From Azolla caroliniana (Eukaryota > Plantae > Polypodiophyta), in NCBI GenBank assembly GCA_043228905.1, contig JBHGNT010000017.1, positions 16,182,001 through 16,246,000 of the forward strand: a DNA stretch of 64,000 nucleotides, read 5' to 3'. A program made the position numbers and the translations under genes. This document shows positions 44,598 to 57,246 of the stretch, in pieces. The first letter of the stretch is position 1; the number at the start of each line of letters is the position of its first letter. The notes beneath the pieces are model-generated. The model made no database searches. It was not told the origin of the DNA and saw only the letters and a list, made by a program, of their open reading frames with translations.

Positions 44598-47500
44598 AGC
44601 GGACTATTGAAGCATGTGACACAAATAGTTCGAGCAATCATAAGTCCCCACAAAGAAGTAGAGTGTGTGGATTGCAAGGAGAAGCAACATGCGTCACACT
44701 TAGCGGCGCATGCAAACTAAGACCACTTAACAAGAAGGAAAAGTGTCAGATACAAGACTTCGAGGAGGTGCTGAAAGAAGAAAGCATAATCGAAGAAGAA
44801 GAATTCGTGTCATATATTTTGGAGGAAGCCTCATTTAACGACACCATCGGCAAAATCGAGGAAGTCGTGGATTTGAGCTATCCTCACCATGAACATGTGA
44901 TTTCAGTTAACTCCATCAACATGTATACTGTCATCGATGAATATCATCGAGGCATCTTGATAGAGGAAGCCAAAGTCAACACAAAATATAAAACTGTGGA
45001 TAGGAAGATCAAGCCAGTTGTAGTTCCGCTACCGGAAGATAGCTGGCAAAAGATAAAGGAAGTTGCAAAAGATCCAAGCTTAAGGAACCCAAATACAATT
45101 GGTCACGTCTTCACTGAAGAGACGAAGGGAAAGCTACGAGTTGGAAGGGAGGATTTCCTCCTCCCTGAAGAGGAGCGGATGTTTTGTGGAATGCTTGAAA
45201 GACATGGGAAGGCTTTCGCGTTTTTCCCACAAGAAATCGGGTGTGCTAATCCAAGGACGGTAGAACCGATGGTGATCTTCACGGTGCCGCATGTGCCTTG
45301 GAATTTGAAACCGATACCGGTTCCGAGAGCACACCTACTGAAGCTTATCGAGCTCTTAAAGGAGAAGGTGAGGATGGGAATTCTAGAACCGTCGAACACT
45401 CCTTATTCTAATAGGTGGTTCACGGTGCCAAAGAAGAATGGATCGTTGCGATTCATTCAAGATATTCAACCCGTCAACAAGGTGACAATTCGGAATGCTG
45501 GAATCGGTCCGAGTGTGGATGAATTTGCTGAGGCGTTTGCGGGCCGGTCCATATACTCCATCGGCGATCTCTACTCTGGATATGATCAATTCCAGTTGGC
45601 GGTCGAGAGTCGTGACATTACAACCATGAGAACTCCAATCGGGTTGGTGCGTATATGTACCTTACCTCAAGGCGCAACAAACTCGGTGGCTCATATGGTG
45701 AATGCCATGAACAAGGTCTTGAAGGATTGCATCCTGGATATCACGATGCCATTCTTAGATGATATTCCGATAAAAGGATGTTCGGATGAAGAGAAGGATG
45801 AATCAAAAGATAAGGATGGATGTAGAAAGTTCGTTGTGGATCATATGAAAGATTGCGAGAAGGTGCTCCAAAGGCTCGAAGATGCGAATTTCACATTTTC
45901 GGGAGAAAAATCTTCATTCGAGCAATTGGAGATCCTGGTGGTAGGTCACTTGTGTGGAGCATACGGTCGGAAGCCTTCGCCATCCAAGGTGAATGCAATC
46001 CAAGACATGAAAGAAGAATGTGTAACCCAAACGTAGGTTCGAAGGTTCCTTGGAGCATGCACGTTTTATCATATTTGGATTCCACACTACGCCCACATTG
46101 CTCAGCCATTATATGGTCTACTAAAGAAGAAGCGGATGTTCGAATGGATGAGCGAGCATACAATCGCCATCCGAAGGTTGAAGAAATTATTGATGGAGGC
46201 ACCTGCATTACGGAAAGCGGACTATTCATACGGAAAGCCGATTTTCGTGACTGTGGCTACTAGTCCAATCGGAATCGGATGGGTTATCAACCAAGAAGAT
46301 GAAGATTGCAACCGATATGCAATTCAGTTTGGTGTGAAAGTGTTAAGTGATAGGCAAAGAAGGTTGCCCAAGTGAAGAGGGAGCTATGGGGAATTGTCTC
46401 GGCAATCAAATCTGATCGTGATTACCTTATTAGAGCAGAAGTCATAATTGAGACAGATTGCCTACCAATTTTGGGTATGATATCTGGTTGTAATACACCG
46501 GATATTGCCATGTTGCATTGGATTGCATATATCAAATCACTCAACCCGGAGATCCGTCATGTAGCTGGGAAGCGTAATGTCATTGCAAACATGCTATCAA
46601 GAGCGAGATACGACGGAGAAGAAGATCGACATTCTGATGAAGATGATGTTGGCTTGGATTTCTTTGCAAGTTCCTACGCTCGGGTGTTGACTACTTTCAT
46701 AGAAGAGGACTACAAAGGCAAATTCGTGGAGATCGGGAAATACTTGAGTTCTCTCCAAAAAGATGAATCATGGTCGACGGAAGACTTCCATCGAATTCGG
46801 AAGAAGGCATACAAGTATTTCCTTAAGGATGGAGCTCTTTGGAGGCATGCAAAAAAGAAGAATGGGACTCCGATGAGAGTTGTCTGCAAGCTAGAAGACC
46901 AACAAAAACTAATGTCTGAATTTCATGATAGTGTTTTTGCAGGCCATCGAGGAATATGGGCTACATTTGCGAAGCTTAAGGAGAAATATTGGTGGCCGGG
47001 CATCTACAAAGATGTAGCAGCTTATGTGGAAACATGTAAGGAATGTCAGATGTTTTTGAATATTCGCCATCGAGATGGACTTCATCCGACTTACCCGTTG
47101 GCTATGCATTACAAGTGGATGGTGGACATCGTGATGATGCCAATGGGGCCATGGTAGATGAAGTATCTTGTGCTCGCGAGAGAGGATCTTACCAATCAAG
47201 TTGAAGGGCGAGCATTAAGAACTAAGGAGACATCATCGGTATGCCGATTCCTTCTTGAAGATGTTATTTGCAGATATGGATGCGTCGGCAAGATAGTGGC
47301 TGATAGAGGCGAGTTGGATGCCAATGAAGCTAGAGAATTCTTCTCGAGGATGGGAATGAAATTATCTCTTACCATGGCATATAATCCGGAAGCAAATGGG
47401 AAGGTGGAACGTGGACATGGACCGATTGTGAAGGCTCTAGTGAAAGCTTGCCATGGGAAAATAGGAGAATGGCCGCGTCTATTGCCATTTGCACTATGGG

Positions 47501-48042
47501 CTGACAGGACTACTCATAGCACGGTGACGGGATACATGCCGTCAGAGCTCATATTCGGACAAAAGCCAATAATGCATGTAGAACAAAGTATTATTTCATG
47601 GTTTGCATTGGCATGGCAATATGAGATAAGTAGAGAAGATCTTCTAGCATTGAGGATTTGACAATTAGAGCGGAATTTGGAAGATATAGAGGTGGCTAAA
47701 GCGCGGCTAAAGACTGTAAGGCTAAAGAACAAGAAAGACTTCGATAAACGACATCGACTTCGGCCGAGGAAAATCGTTGAAGGAGATTGGGTGCTAGTCT
47801 ATGACAGTAGCCTAGATAACCAACATAGTACGACTCAAAAATTCTCACAACGATGGTTGGGGCCATATGTGGTGAAGAAAGATGAAGATAATGCAACATA
47901 TCATTTAGTAGAACTGGATGGTACACCACTTGCCTTGCCAATTGCCGGTAAAAGAATCAAGATCTTCAAGAGAAGAGATAGAATAGAAATTCGATTCAAA
48001 GCTTTTGACGATTCAGTCTTAAGCATCGATGAAAAAGTATAG
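44594..48042 (+). pseudogene. pol: RT-RH-IN ORF2 of W
   Basis: WFTVPKKNGSLRFIQD, LPQGATNS, FLDD; ETDCLP RNase H; VADRGE and NGKVERGH integrase; WLGPY. Confidence 0.93.
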
Positions 48043-49496
48043 TAAACAAAAATGGAGCCTCACCAAAATTGGCACATACCGGTGGATGTGCAGGTTTGGT
48101 GGGGGTGAATGTCGTGTGAATCTTCACACACTATGTAAAAAAATAATGAAATAATTATTATAGATTAGATTAGTAGCTTACTATAGAAAGATGGATATAC
48201 TCAAGAGCTTCAAAACGTTTTTTACTATATACAAAATGGAGAAATACATATCAAGTTATGTGAAAATAAAATTTGAGAAGATAGGGAAATTAGAACTATC
48301 CCACATAGATAGGAAAGGTAAGGCCCTGACTATATAAGCACCTTGAGCTCTCTCATTTTTCATTTGTGCTAAGAGCACTTTGGCCACTGTCTTGATGGAT
48401 GATGGTGGCCAAATTCCCTAAAATCGGAAACCGGCCGGTAAGCAAATTCGGAAACCGGTCTGGTAAGCAAATTCGGAAACCGGTCTGGTAAGCAAATTCA
48501 GAAACCGGCCGATATGCAAACGGGAAATAGGCCGGTAAGCAAAATTGGAACCGGAACCGGCAAGCAAACCGGAACTGGAAACCGGCCGGTATGCAAATCA
48601 GAAACCGGTCGGTAAGCAAAATCGGAACTAGAACCCGCAAGCAAAATTGGAACCGAAACTAGCAAGCAAACTGGAACCGGAACCGGCCAGCAAGCAAAAC
48701 CGGAAACTGGTCGGTAAGCAAAACTGGAATCCAGAAACCGATCGGTAAGCAAAACCAGAAACCGGCTGGTAAGCAAAACCGGAACCGCAACCGGCAAGCA
48801 AAATGGAACCGACCGGCGAGGGATTCGGCGATCGGACAGAACCGGCTACCAGACGAGGTTGGACGCGGACGGACGGAAGATTGGATCATACAACAAACTA
48901 AAGTAAAGTGAAGAGAACTAAAGTAAAGGCCATGTGGACGCAAGAAACTAAAGTTGGAGTACATGCAAAAAGTAAAGGTCATGTGGACGGTCACATGCAA
49001 CTAAACGAAAAAGCCATGCAACTAAAAATAGATGCAACTAAAAGAAAAAGCTAAGCAACTAAAAGTGTCAGGAACAGTACTAAGACAGAGAAGGACTTAG
49101 TACTAAAAGAAGTATTAGTACTAAGAGAGGTGAAGAACTCTCGAGAAAAGGAAAGAGTGAGTGAGAGGGAGGGAGAGAGAGTGATGATAAGAAAAGATAT
49201 ATATTATGTGAAAAAAATGTACAGTAACTAGGAGGCTTAAGACTGGCGTTGAACCGATTTGGTTCGAAATAATGCCTTGTGCCTCCTTTTATAGTGTTCT
49301 AAGGAATACTCCTGAAGTTTCTAGAATGTTCCAGAGAAATCTGGAATATACATCAATTTTCTACGTATTACAATGAAATCTGGAATAAAACATAAATGAA
49401 AATAATATTCTACGTATTACAATGTATAATCTAATGGTCAAGAGCTCTACCCATGTAGCATAAGGTCATGGGTTCGCGTCTTGCCATATCATGACA

Positions 49497-52269
49497 CTAT
49501 CCCCCCTTTAAAACGACGAGTGTAACGAGTCGTTTTGGATTGAGGACTCGGTTTGTCTAGATATTGACGATGGAAGTCTTCAAGAAGTGCACGAGCATTG
49601 GTGACATTCTCTATCGGTTCCCAAGTACGCTCACTGGGACTATATCCTAGCCAATCAACTAGATAGTAGAGCTTGTTGAGAACAATCTTGTTATCAAGGA
49701 TGGCGGCAACCTCGTACTCAGGTCCATCTTCAAGCTCGATCGGGGGTGGAGGCTGTGTAATACGGCCTGGGATGGTGCTCTCTTGATAGGGTTCGAGGAG
49801 AGAACTATGAAACACCGGATGTATCCGAAGTTGTGGAGGTAGATCAAGACGAAAAGCGACATCATTAATCTTTCTTATAATACGGAAAGGACCTAATCGC
49901 CGATAATCCAACTTCTCGCATGGGCGAGTAGTCTTGATGTGTCGTCGGAGTAGCCATACCCGATCTCCAATGTTAAAACTAGATGGGAGTCGATGACGAT
50001 CCGCATAAACCTTGTGTGTTTGTTGAGCTTGTTGGAGATGAGTAGACAAATCCGCTTGTATCTTGTGTAACCTCTCCAAACGATCCTCTGCGCAAGGATT
50101 TGTGGACACCTATGGGGTTTCAAGTACACACCACCGGGGGTGACATCCCGTATAAGCATAAAATGGCATAACTTTTGTGGATGCGTGGATAGAGTTGTTA
50201 TAGGAAAATTCGGCGAAGTGGAGAATATCTGCCCAGTCATCCTGATCATAGTTGATAAAGCACCGCAGATACTGCTCCAGCGTTTGATTGGTTCGTTCGG
50301 CTTGGCTGTCGGTTTGTGGGTGGTAGCCGGAGGAGAGGTTACAACTGACCTTGAGCATGTTAAAAAGGTGCTTCCAGAATTTTGACACGAACTGGGGTCC
50401 ACGGTCGCTGATGATACTATCGGGAAGTCCATGATGCCGACATACTTCACGCATGACAATTTTGGCAGTGTCTTCACTGGAGATCTCCTTAGTACATGGC
50501 AAGAAATGAGCCATCCTCGTATATCGATCGACCACCGTTAGAATCGCATTGAACCCCTTAGAGACTGGAAGATATGTGATGAAGTCTATAGCAATGGACT
50601 GCCACGGCTTGCTTGGAATTGGTAATGGTTCTAATAAACCATATGGATGATGCCTTGGCATTTTCGCTCTACAGCATGTATGACAAGTCCGAACAAAATC
50701 CTCGACAAATTGTCGCATATAGGGCCACCAGAATGATCGTTGTACTAAATGTAGTGTTTTAGTACTACCAAAATGCCTAGCTGTATATGTGTCATGACAG
50801 TTTTGTACTACTTGAAGGCGGCAAGAACCATTAGGAACATACAAAAGTTCTTTAAAGAAGAGTAATCCATCATGGTATTTGAATTGCTGATAGTCCGTAC
50901 CTGGTGGTTGCGACTATGAACACGACGCTCGAGAGGGATCAATTTGTGCTAGTATAGCTTGGGCGAACGCATCTGTCTTCAAGTCTTCGCGTATGGTATC
51001 GATAACGCGAGAATCCATGGGCATGTCAAAGATCTGTGTTGCTTGTAGTCGTGCCGGTCCCAAGATGACTTGTTTTTGGTTATCGAAAGCTGGCTCGCCG
51101 GGATGGGGTGCTAGATACGAACGCCGTGATAATGCATATGCCTTCCCTTGGTGCTTCCCCGGACGATATGTAATTTTGAAGTCGAAACGCGTAAGGAAGT
51201 GGGCCCACCGAGCTTGACGTCGATTCAACACACGAGCATCCTGAAAGTAGGCAAGGTTCTTGTGGTCACTAAATACGGTGACCGGATGAGAGGATCCCTC
51301 CAGAAAATGCCTCCATTGCATAAAAGAATCCACTATTGCCAATAGTTCCTTATCATGAATTTCGTAGTTGATTTCGGCGGCGTCAAACTTGCGTGAGTGA
51401 AAAGCCACAGGATGTAGCTTCTCATCATTCCCCTGTTGTGACAGAGTGCTCCCCAATGCAAAATCCAATGCGTCAGCTTCGATAATGAATGGTTTTTCCG
51501 GATCGACATGAGCTAGAATTGGAGCCGAGGTAAATGCCTTTTTAAGACTCAGACCATGTTCTCGAAGTCGTTTTAGTACTAATAGTACATGAGAATCATG
51601 TTCTTCTTGGGTCTTTGAATAAATGGGGCAATCGTACGGTCGATGATGAGGAAGTGTGTTGGCTTGTACTTTATCGAACACATTGGCGTAATGACGATAC
51701 TTCTCGGGAAGTTGAACGGTGGATTCTTCTTTAGTGGTGCTGGAGGGGTTTACTGATATTGCAAAGAGGAACATTTCCTCCTTGTGCCCTTCTTTACGCA
51801 ACTGACGTAGTGAAATGGTTGCCATCTTCTGAGTTGACCCTTGGGTTTGTCGACACCGGATTTCTCTTGTTCTCCAATCTATGTCTGGGTTATGTAACTC
51901 GAACCACGGTAATCCTAAAACTATGGGATGTTATGGGATACTAATAATATTAAATGATACTACACATGCTAAGTTATCTAGGACAATATTAATGGGCTCT
52001 GACTCTTCTATGATATTTCCGGAAGCAATGGGACGTCCATTAATGACTACTACAGAGGCTGGACACTGGAGTTTTCTTAGGGATATCTTATGAGCTTGAG
52101 CAAATTTCTTATCCATAAAGCAAGAGTTAGCTCCGGAATCTAGGAGTGCTAGGACATGTACTAGAGGGGTACTTTTAGTACTAACTATTACTTGGGCTAC
52201 GAACACATCACTAACTTGCTTAGAGGGAATGGAACCACTAATGGGCTGCACATATCTAGGGTTGTCCAA
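49497..52269 (-). pseudogene. pol: Chromovirus pol: PR, RT remnants, RNase H, integrase, chromodomain
   Basis: LLDSGANSCF; EADALDFALG/NYEIHDKELLA; ISDRGPQF; HPVFHSSLL; EYEVAAIL...YLVDWLGY...TWEP chromodomain. Confidence 0.93.
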
Positions 52270-52295
52270 CCAAACGACTCCTATTTTGGCTGGAC

Positions 52296-53445
52296 TTAGT
52301 CGTTTAACTCTTCTTCTAACTGACTAAGGACATCAAATCTGTTCGCTAGATCTGGGCTATTAGTACTATTAGGACTATCAGATATCCCTACTGAAATAGG
52401 CTCGGGTTTAGTACAATTAGAACTAACGACTATTTGGTTTACCTGTCTTCTTGGCCTATGGGGGCAATTTATTGCAATATGTCCTGGTCCACCGCAGTAA
52501 AGACATAGTCGATTTGTATGGCGTCGCTGCTTTTCTTCTTCGGATAATGGCCCTCGACGACGTGTAGTGTCAATCTCCATCGGAGTCTGAGTATTCGCTG
52601 GAGGCACATTATATGACTCCCTCGGAAAAGGTCTTGCTACCACTGAGGCGTAGGTGGGCTCTGATCTTGCCCTCAACATCTGTAGCTGTCGTTCTGAACG
52701 TCGCTCAAAGAGGCGGTTGTCACATCTCACCGCGCGACTGATTGCTTCTGTTAAGGACTTTGGCTCTTCGGGGAAGGTCAAGAGTAAATCCTTGACATCG
52801 TTGCGTAAACCATAACAGAATTGCTCCATCAACGCTTGATCATCCCAAGGGATATCGGCGGCGAGTAGGCGAAAATCTGCAGCGTATGCAGAGGCTGGAC
52901 AGTCACCTTGGCGTAATCGCTGAATTTTGTTGATTGCGGTCCTGATGCTGTCAGTATCCGAAACATGCTTTAAACTCACCTAGAAACTCTTCAAAATTGT
53001 TGAGTAACGGAGATTCCTTTTCTAATAGTGGAGCGAACCATGCCAACGCTGAGCCACTTAACAAAGTGCCTACTAAACCCACTCGTGATGCATCGGTGGG
53101 ATACCAGGAAGGATGCATTTGAATAACTAATCGTACCTGGTTAAGGAACCCTCTAAACTGCGATCGCGTTCCATCAAACTTCGTGGGAAGGCCAATCTTG
53201 GGTTCTTTATGAATCCCTTGTGTTCCGGGCCCTTGTTGTTGCATCGCTACGATGGTTGCTTCGAGTTGTTGCATGCGTAACGCAAGTTCCCCATGCTATT
53301 GTTGCATTTGCTGCTTTTCTAAGGAGATTTGCTGAAGATCCCCCAACAACCGTTGGTTTTCTTGTTCCAAAGCATGGAACTTCTCTTTCAAGCATTTAAA
53401 TTCCGAGAAAACAGATTGATATTCTTCAGCGCTAACAGTGGCCAT
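52296..53445 (-). pseudogene. gag: Chromovirus gag (PEG10/Ty3-capsid-like)
   Basis: PTKFDGTRSQFRGFL, LSGSALAW, LRQGDCPASAY, PMEID, CLYCGGPGHIAINC; one stop and one frameshift. Confidence 0.92.
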
Positions 53446-53879
53446 GGGATGAAAGAAAAGAGGAATAAGAGATTAGTAGGAAATGAGAGAGACAGAAGGT
53501 AGGGAAAATCGGTTCAAACTATCAGGAACAGTACTAAGACGGAGAAGGACTTAGTACTAAAAGAAGTATTAGTACTAAGAGAGGTGAAGAACTCTCGAGA
53601 GAAGGAAAGAGTGAGTGAGAGGGAGGGAGAGAGAGATAGAGAGAGAGAGAGAGTGATGATAAGAAAAGATATATATTATGTGAAGAAAATGTACAGTAAC
53701 TAGGAGGCTTAAGACTGGCATTGAACCGATTTGGTTCGAAATGATGCCTTGTGCCTCCTTTTATAGTGTTCTAAGGAATACTCCTGAAGTTTCTAGAATG
53801 TTCCAGAGAAATCTGGAATATACATCAATTTTCTATAATAAAATATAAATGAAAATAATATTTTACGTATTACAATGTA

Positions 53880-53934
53880 TAATCTAATGGTCAAGAGCTC
53901 GACCCATGTAGCATAAGGTCATGGGTTCGAGTCT
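53880..53934 (+). promoter_or_regulatory. A-box/B-box module in the chromovirus LTR (also about 49427-49481)
   Basis: TAATCTAATGG-33 nt-GGTTCGAGTCT. Confidence 0.5.
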
Positions 53935-54448
53935 TGCCATATCATGACAAAAAGTAGAGGCCATGCAACAAAAAGTGGAAAGGCTATGATCAAGGGAGAA
54001 CTCCATATATATTCCATTTTTTTTCCTACACTCGGACGCTCTCCATATTATCTTAATTTTTTTCCTTTTCTTTCAGAGCTCTCTTATCTTATCGAAGCCA
54101 AGAACCCTAAATTTCCTTACGGAAGTCATAAACCGTAATTTCCTAATCAAAGCCATATAACTCAAAAACCCTAATTTTCGAATTGAAGCTAAAAACCCTA
54201 ATATTCTAATTAAATCCATATTTCATTTCTTCTAATCTATTACTCTAGTCATCTCCATTAGCAAATTTTTGTAATCCCAATCTTGGGATTAATTGTAATC
54301 TTTCTTTCTACTTGTTAATGAAATTTGTGAATCTTTCTCATTTCATATTAATTGTTTAATATAATCATACGAATATGATATCTTCCGGTCGAAGGCCCGA
54401 GGTCCTGCGTCAAGTTCACGTATCCTCGTCGTATTTTCGCGACACCGG

Positions 54449-57066
54449 TTCGGGGCCCTTCTTGGCCGGTTTGGACTTTGTTCCCGAAGATCCGCCTTTA
54501 TCCTTTCCGGTGTCAGATTCGCTCCGATCCGACTCAATGTTGCCGGTTTCGTATTCTGGTATCTTCTTCTTCCCCTTCGTATTCCGTCTCCTCGTTTCCT
54601 TGCGCGGGGAGAGCAGAATAGAATCTCCACTACTCGCCGGTTCCTCATTTGACTGATCATCATGACTCAGCCGCTTATTTGGTCCACTTAGTCGGAATGA
54701 GATCAGACTCTCTTCTAGAGTGCCGAAGTCTTCATCTTCTACCTGGACCTCCTCGAGCTCGCTAGCCTCATCTTCTGGAATTGGGTCTTCGTCAGGAGTT
54801 GGAGTCGGTAAGGAGTACCATGATGCCGTCTCATCAAACTCGACATCTCGCCTTACTCGGACCTGCTTCGTCTGGGGGTTATCACACTTATACCCCTTTT
54901 GCTCATGCGAGTAACTGACTAGGATGCACTTCTCTGACTTCAGATCGAGCTTCCTCCGCTTCTCATCTGGTACATGCACATATGCTATGCTACTGAATAT
55001 CCGAAGGTGTCTCAAATTCAGCCTTCGCCCGAAATACAGCTCGTGTGCTGACACCTTGTCACCGATCCGGTTTTGGATGTAGACGGCCGTCCGGACGGCC
55101 TCAACCCAGTAGAAATGGGGCATGTTGTTCTCCTCCAGCGTTGCCCTTGTTACGTCGACAATCGACCAGTTCTTCCTTTCGGCCACAACGTTTTGCTTCG
55201 GTGTGTACCTACAACTGAATTCTCTCCGAATTCCGTTCTGCTGCAGATAACTGTTGAATTGGCTGGAAAAATATTCTTTCCCGCCATCTGACTGCAAGCA
55301 CTTGACCTTCCTCTCCGTTTCCCGTTCAACCAAGATTTGAAGGTTCTGGAAACACTCGAAGACTTCGCTCTTCCTCTCGATGAGGTAGATCCACGTGTGT
55401 CGTTGATGAAGGAGACAAAATACCGACTCCTGCCAAGTCTAACATTTTGTGTCGGTCCCCATACATCTGAATGGATTAAATCGAGCTTGTTATGGCTCCG
55501 GTTTTGATCGGTGGGGAAGGGAAGCCGGTGTTGCTTCCCGAATTGGCAGGCTTCAAAAATTTCGGCCTTCCGGCCAATGAATTTAGGCAATCTGAACACA
55601 ACTTGTTTTGACTACAAGTCTTGAAGCCTCCGGTAATTTACGTGGCCAGTCCGCTTGTGCTAGAGATCAATGTTTAATTCAATCTTTTGTCCTTTGGCAA
55701 ACATGGTGGTGCCGATGTCATTAGTGTTGAGGATTAACATCCTCTCCTCTCTGCGCCCTTGCGCTATTATCCGGCCTTCTTCCTCGATGAAGAACCCGAG
55801 GTGCGTAAACCACACCTGCATCCCTTGGTCGACGATTTGTCCAACCAACACCCGGTTCTTTGTGATGGTCGGAATGTGTAATACGTTCATCAGCTTCCCT
55901 TTTTGTCTGACTTGGCTTAAAGGGACTTCTCCGACATGCACAATCGGGTGAGGGGTGTCGTGTCCGGTTTCAACAATCCTCTGTTGTTCCGGTTTCTCCA
56001 AAAAAGAGAGCCACTCTTCATGGCTAGTCATGTTGTTGGACGCTCCGGAATCAACGTACCATACTTCCTCCGATCCAGAGGTAGTCTTCTTCATCGAGTT
56101 AACCTTGTGCTTCATCACGAAGGCGGCCCTTTACCGGTTTTCCCAGTTCTGGATCCTTCCGATCCTTTCGCGTAGTGCGAACTTTGCCGGTTCTCACGAC
56201 CGGTTTTGCCGGATCCAGATTTGTCTGAATCGGCGCGCTTCTTCCAACACTCGCTTTCCCTGTGGCCCTTTTTGCCACAGTACCAGCATTCCGTGTCGGC
56301 CTTTCCTTGCCGGTTCCCGGCGCCGCTTTGTCTCCCCTTGCTTGTGGAGGGTCTGGAACTACTATCGGCACAACCTCTGTGCCTCTGGTCCTGCTCTTGT
56401 GGGCCGCCTCCATTTCGTGCTGACCCACCTCGTCCACCACATCCATGGGGCCTATCTGTCTCCGTGTACAACATCCGACCGTTCGATTGAGTGGTCCTTG
56501 ATCCACTTGCGTGGTTTTCTTCAACCATCAACATCGATTGCAAGTTGAAGAAAGACGATGGTTTCTCCCGGGTGCAGATCACTGTCCAAATTGGCCTGTA
56601 TCTTTGCGCTAGACCACCGAGGCAAATTTGTACCATCTCGTCTTCGTCCACTGTCACGTTGATGGACCCGAGTGCGTTGCAAATCTCCTTTATCTTGGTG
56701 GTGTAGTCCGTAACCGACATGTCTCTTTGCCGGATGTTGTTCAGCTCTTGCCAGAGCTGCAATTTATGGGCAGTGGTACTTGCGGCGAAAATCTTCCTCA
56801 GATTTCCCCAGGCGTCCTTCGACGTCCTTGCATCCTTGATATAGCTGAGCATCTGATCATGCACACCGGACGTGAGACAATACAGTATCCGACTCGCTCC
56901 TTGCTCCGATACCAGGAAGTCACTATGTATCGACTCCGGTGCTACTTCATTCATTCGTTCCACGAAGCTCCAATATCCATGCCCTAGCAGGTACTAGTGC
57001 ATTTTGTAGGACTAGGATGCATAGTTGCTCCGGTCGAGCTTCTCTGTTGGAAGTGAACTCACCATT
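54449..57066 (-). pseudogene. gag-pol: Copia gag-PR-IN of the 37917-57246 element
   Basis: CWYCGKKGHRESEC, WYVDSGASN, LIHSDVWGP, LQSDGGKEY. Confidence 0.92.
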
Positions 57067-57246
57067 CCTCTGTCCATGTCTTCTCTCTATCTGTTGTTGC
57101 CGGATTCTAGGGTTCGTCTACGAAAGCAAGCGTCGGCTGTAGAGGTTCTCAACCCTCGAGCTCTGATACCATGTGAATGTTAATGTGCGGAAGCGTAAGA
57201 CAGAACCGGCTCAGCCAGATAGCAACAGAAAATGAGATGAAGGTTT

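Larger units (their letters stand above)
49066..53949 (-). mobile_element. Tcn1-like chromovirus with most of RT deleted, nested in the 3' LTR of W
   Basis: LTRs 49066-49496 and 53520-53949; TSD AAAAG; PPT 49497-49510; non-tRNA PBS 53506-53519. Confidence 0.95.
40356..54444 (+). mobile_element. Element W: autonomous-type Ty3/gypsy, tRNA-Trp primed (possibly Phygy-like)
   Basis: 5' LTR 40356-41760; 3' LTR 48110-54444 (interrupted); TSD CTGG/CCGG; PBS TGGTGAACCCGATGTG at 41765; PPT 48095-48109; order gag-PR-RT-RH-IN. Confidence 0.93.
37917..57246 (-). mobile_element. Ty1/copia element of a second lineage, split by element W; its 5' LTR is interrupted at 57246
   Basis: 3' LTR 37917-38294 with adjacent PPT; PBS 57160-57171 abutting the 5' LTR (57172 onward); frame rejoins across 54445/40355. 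Confidence 0.9.
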
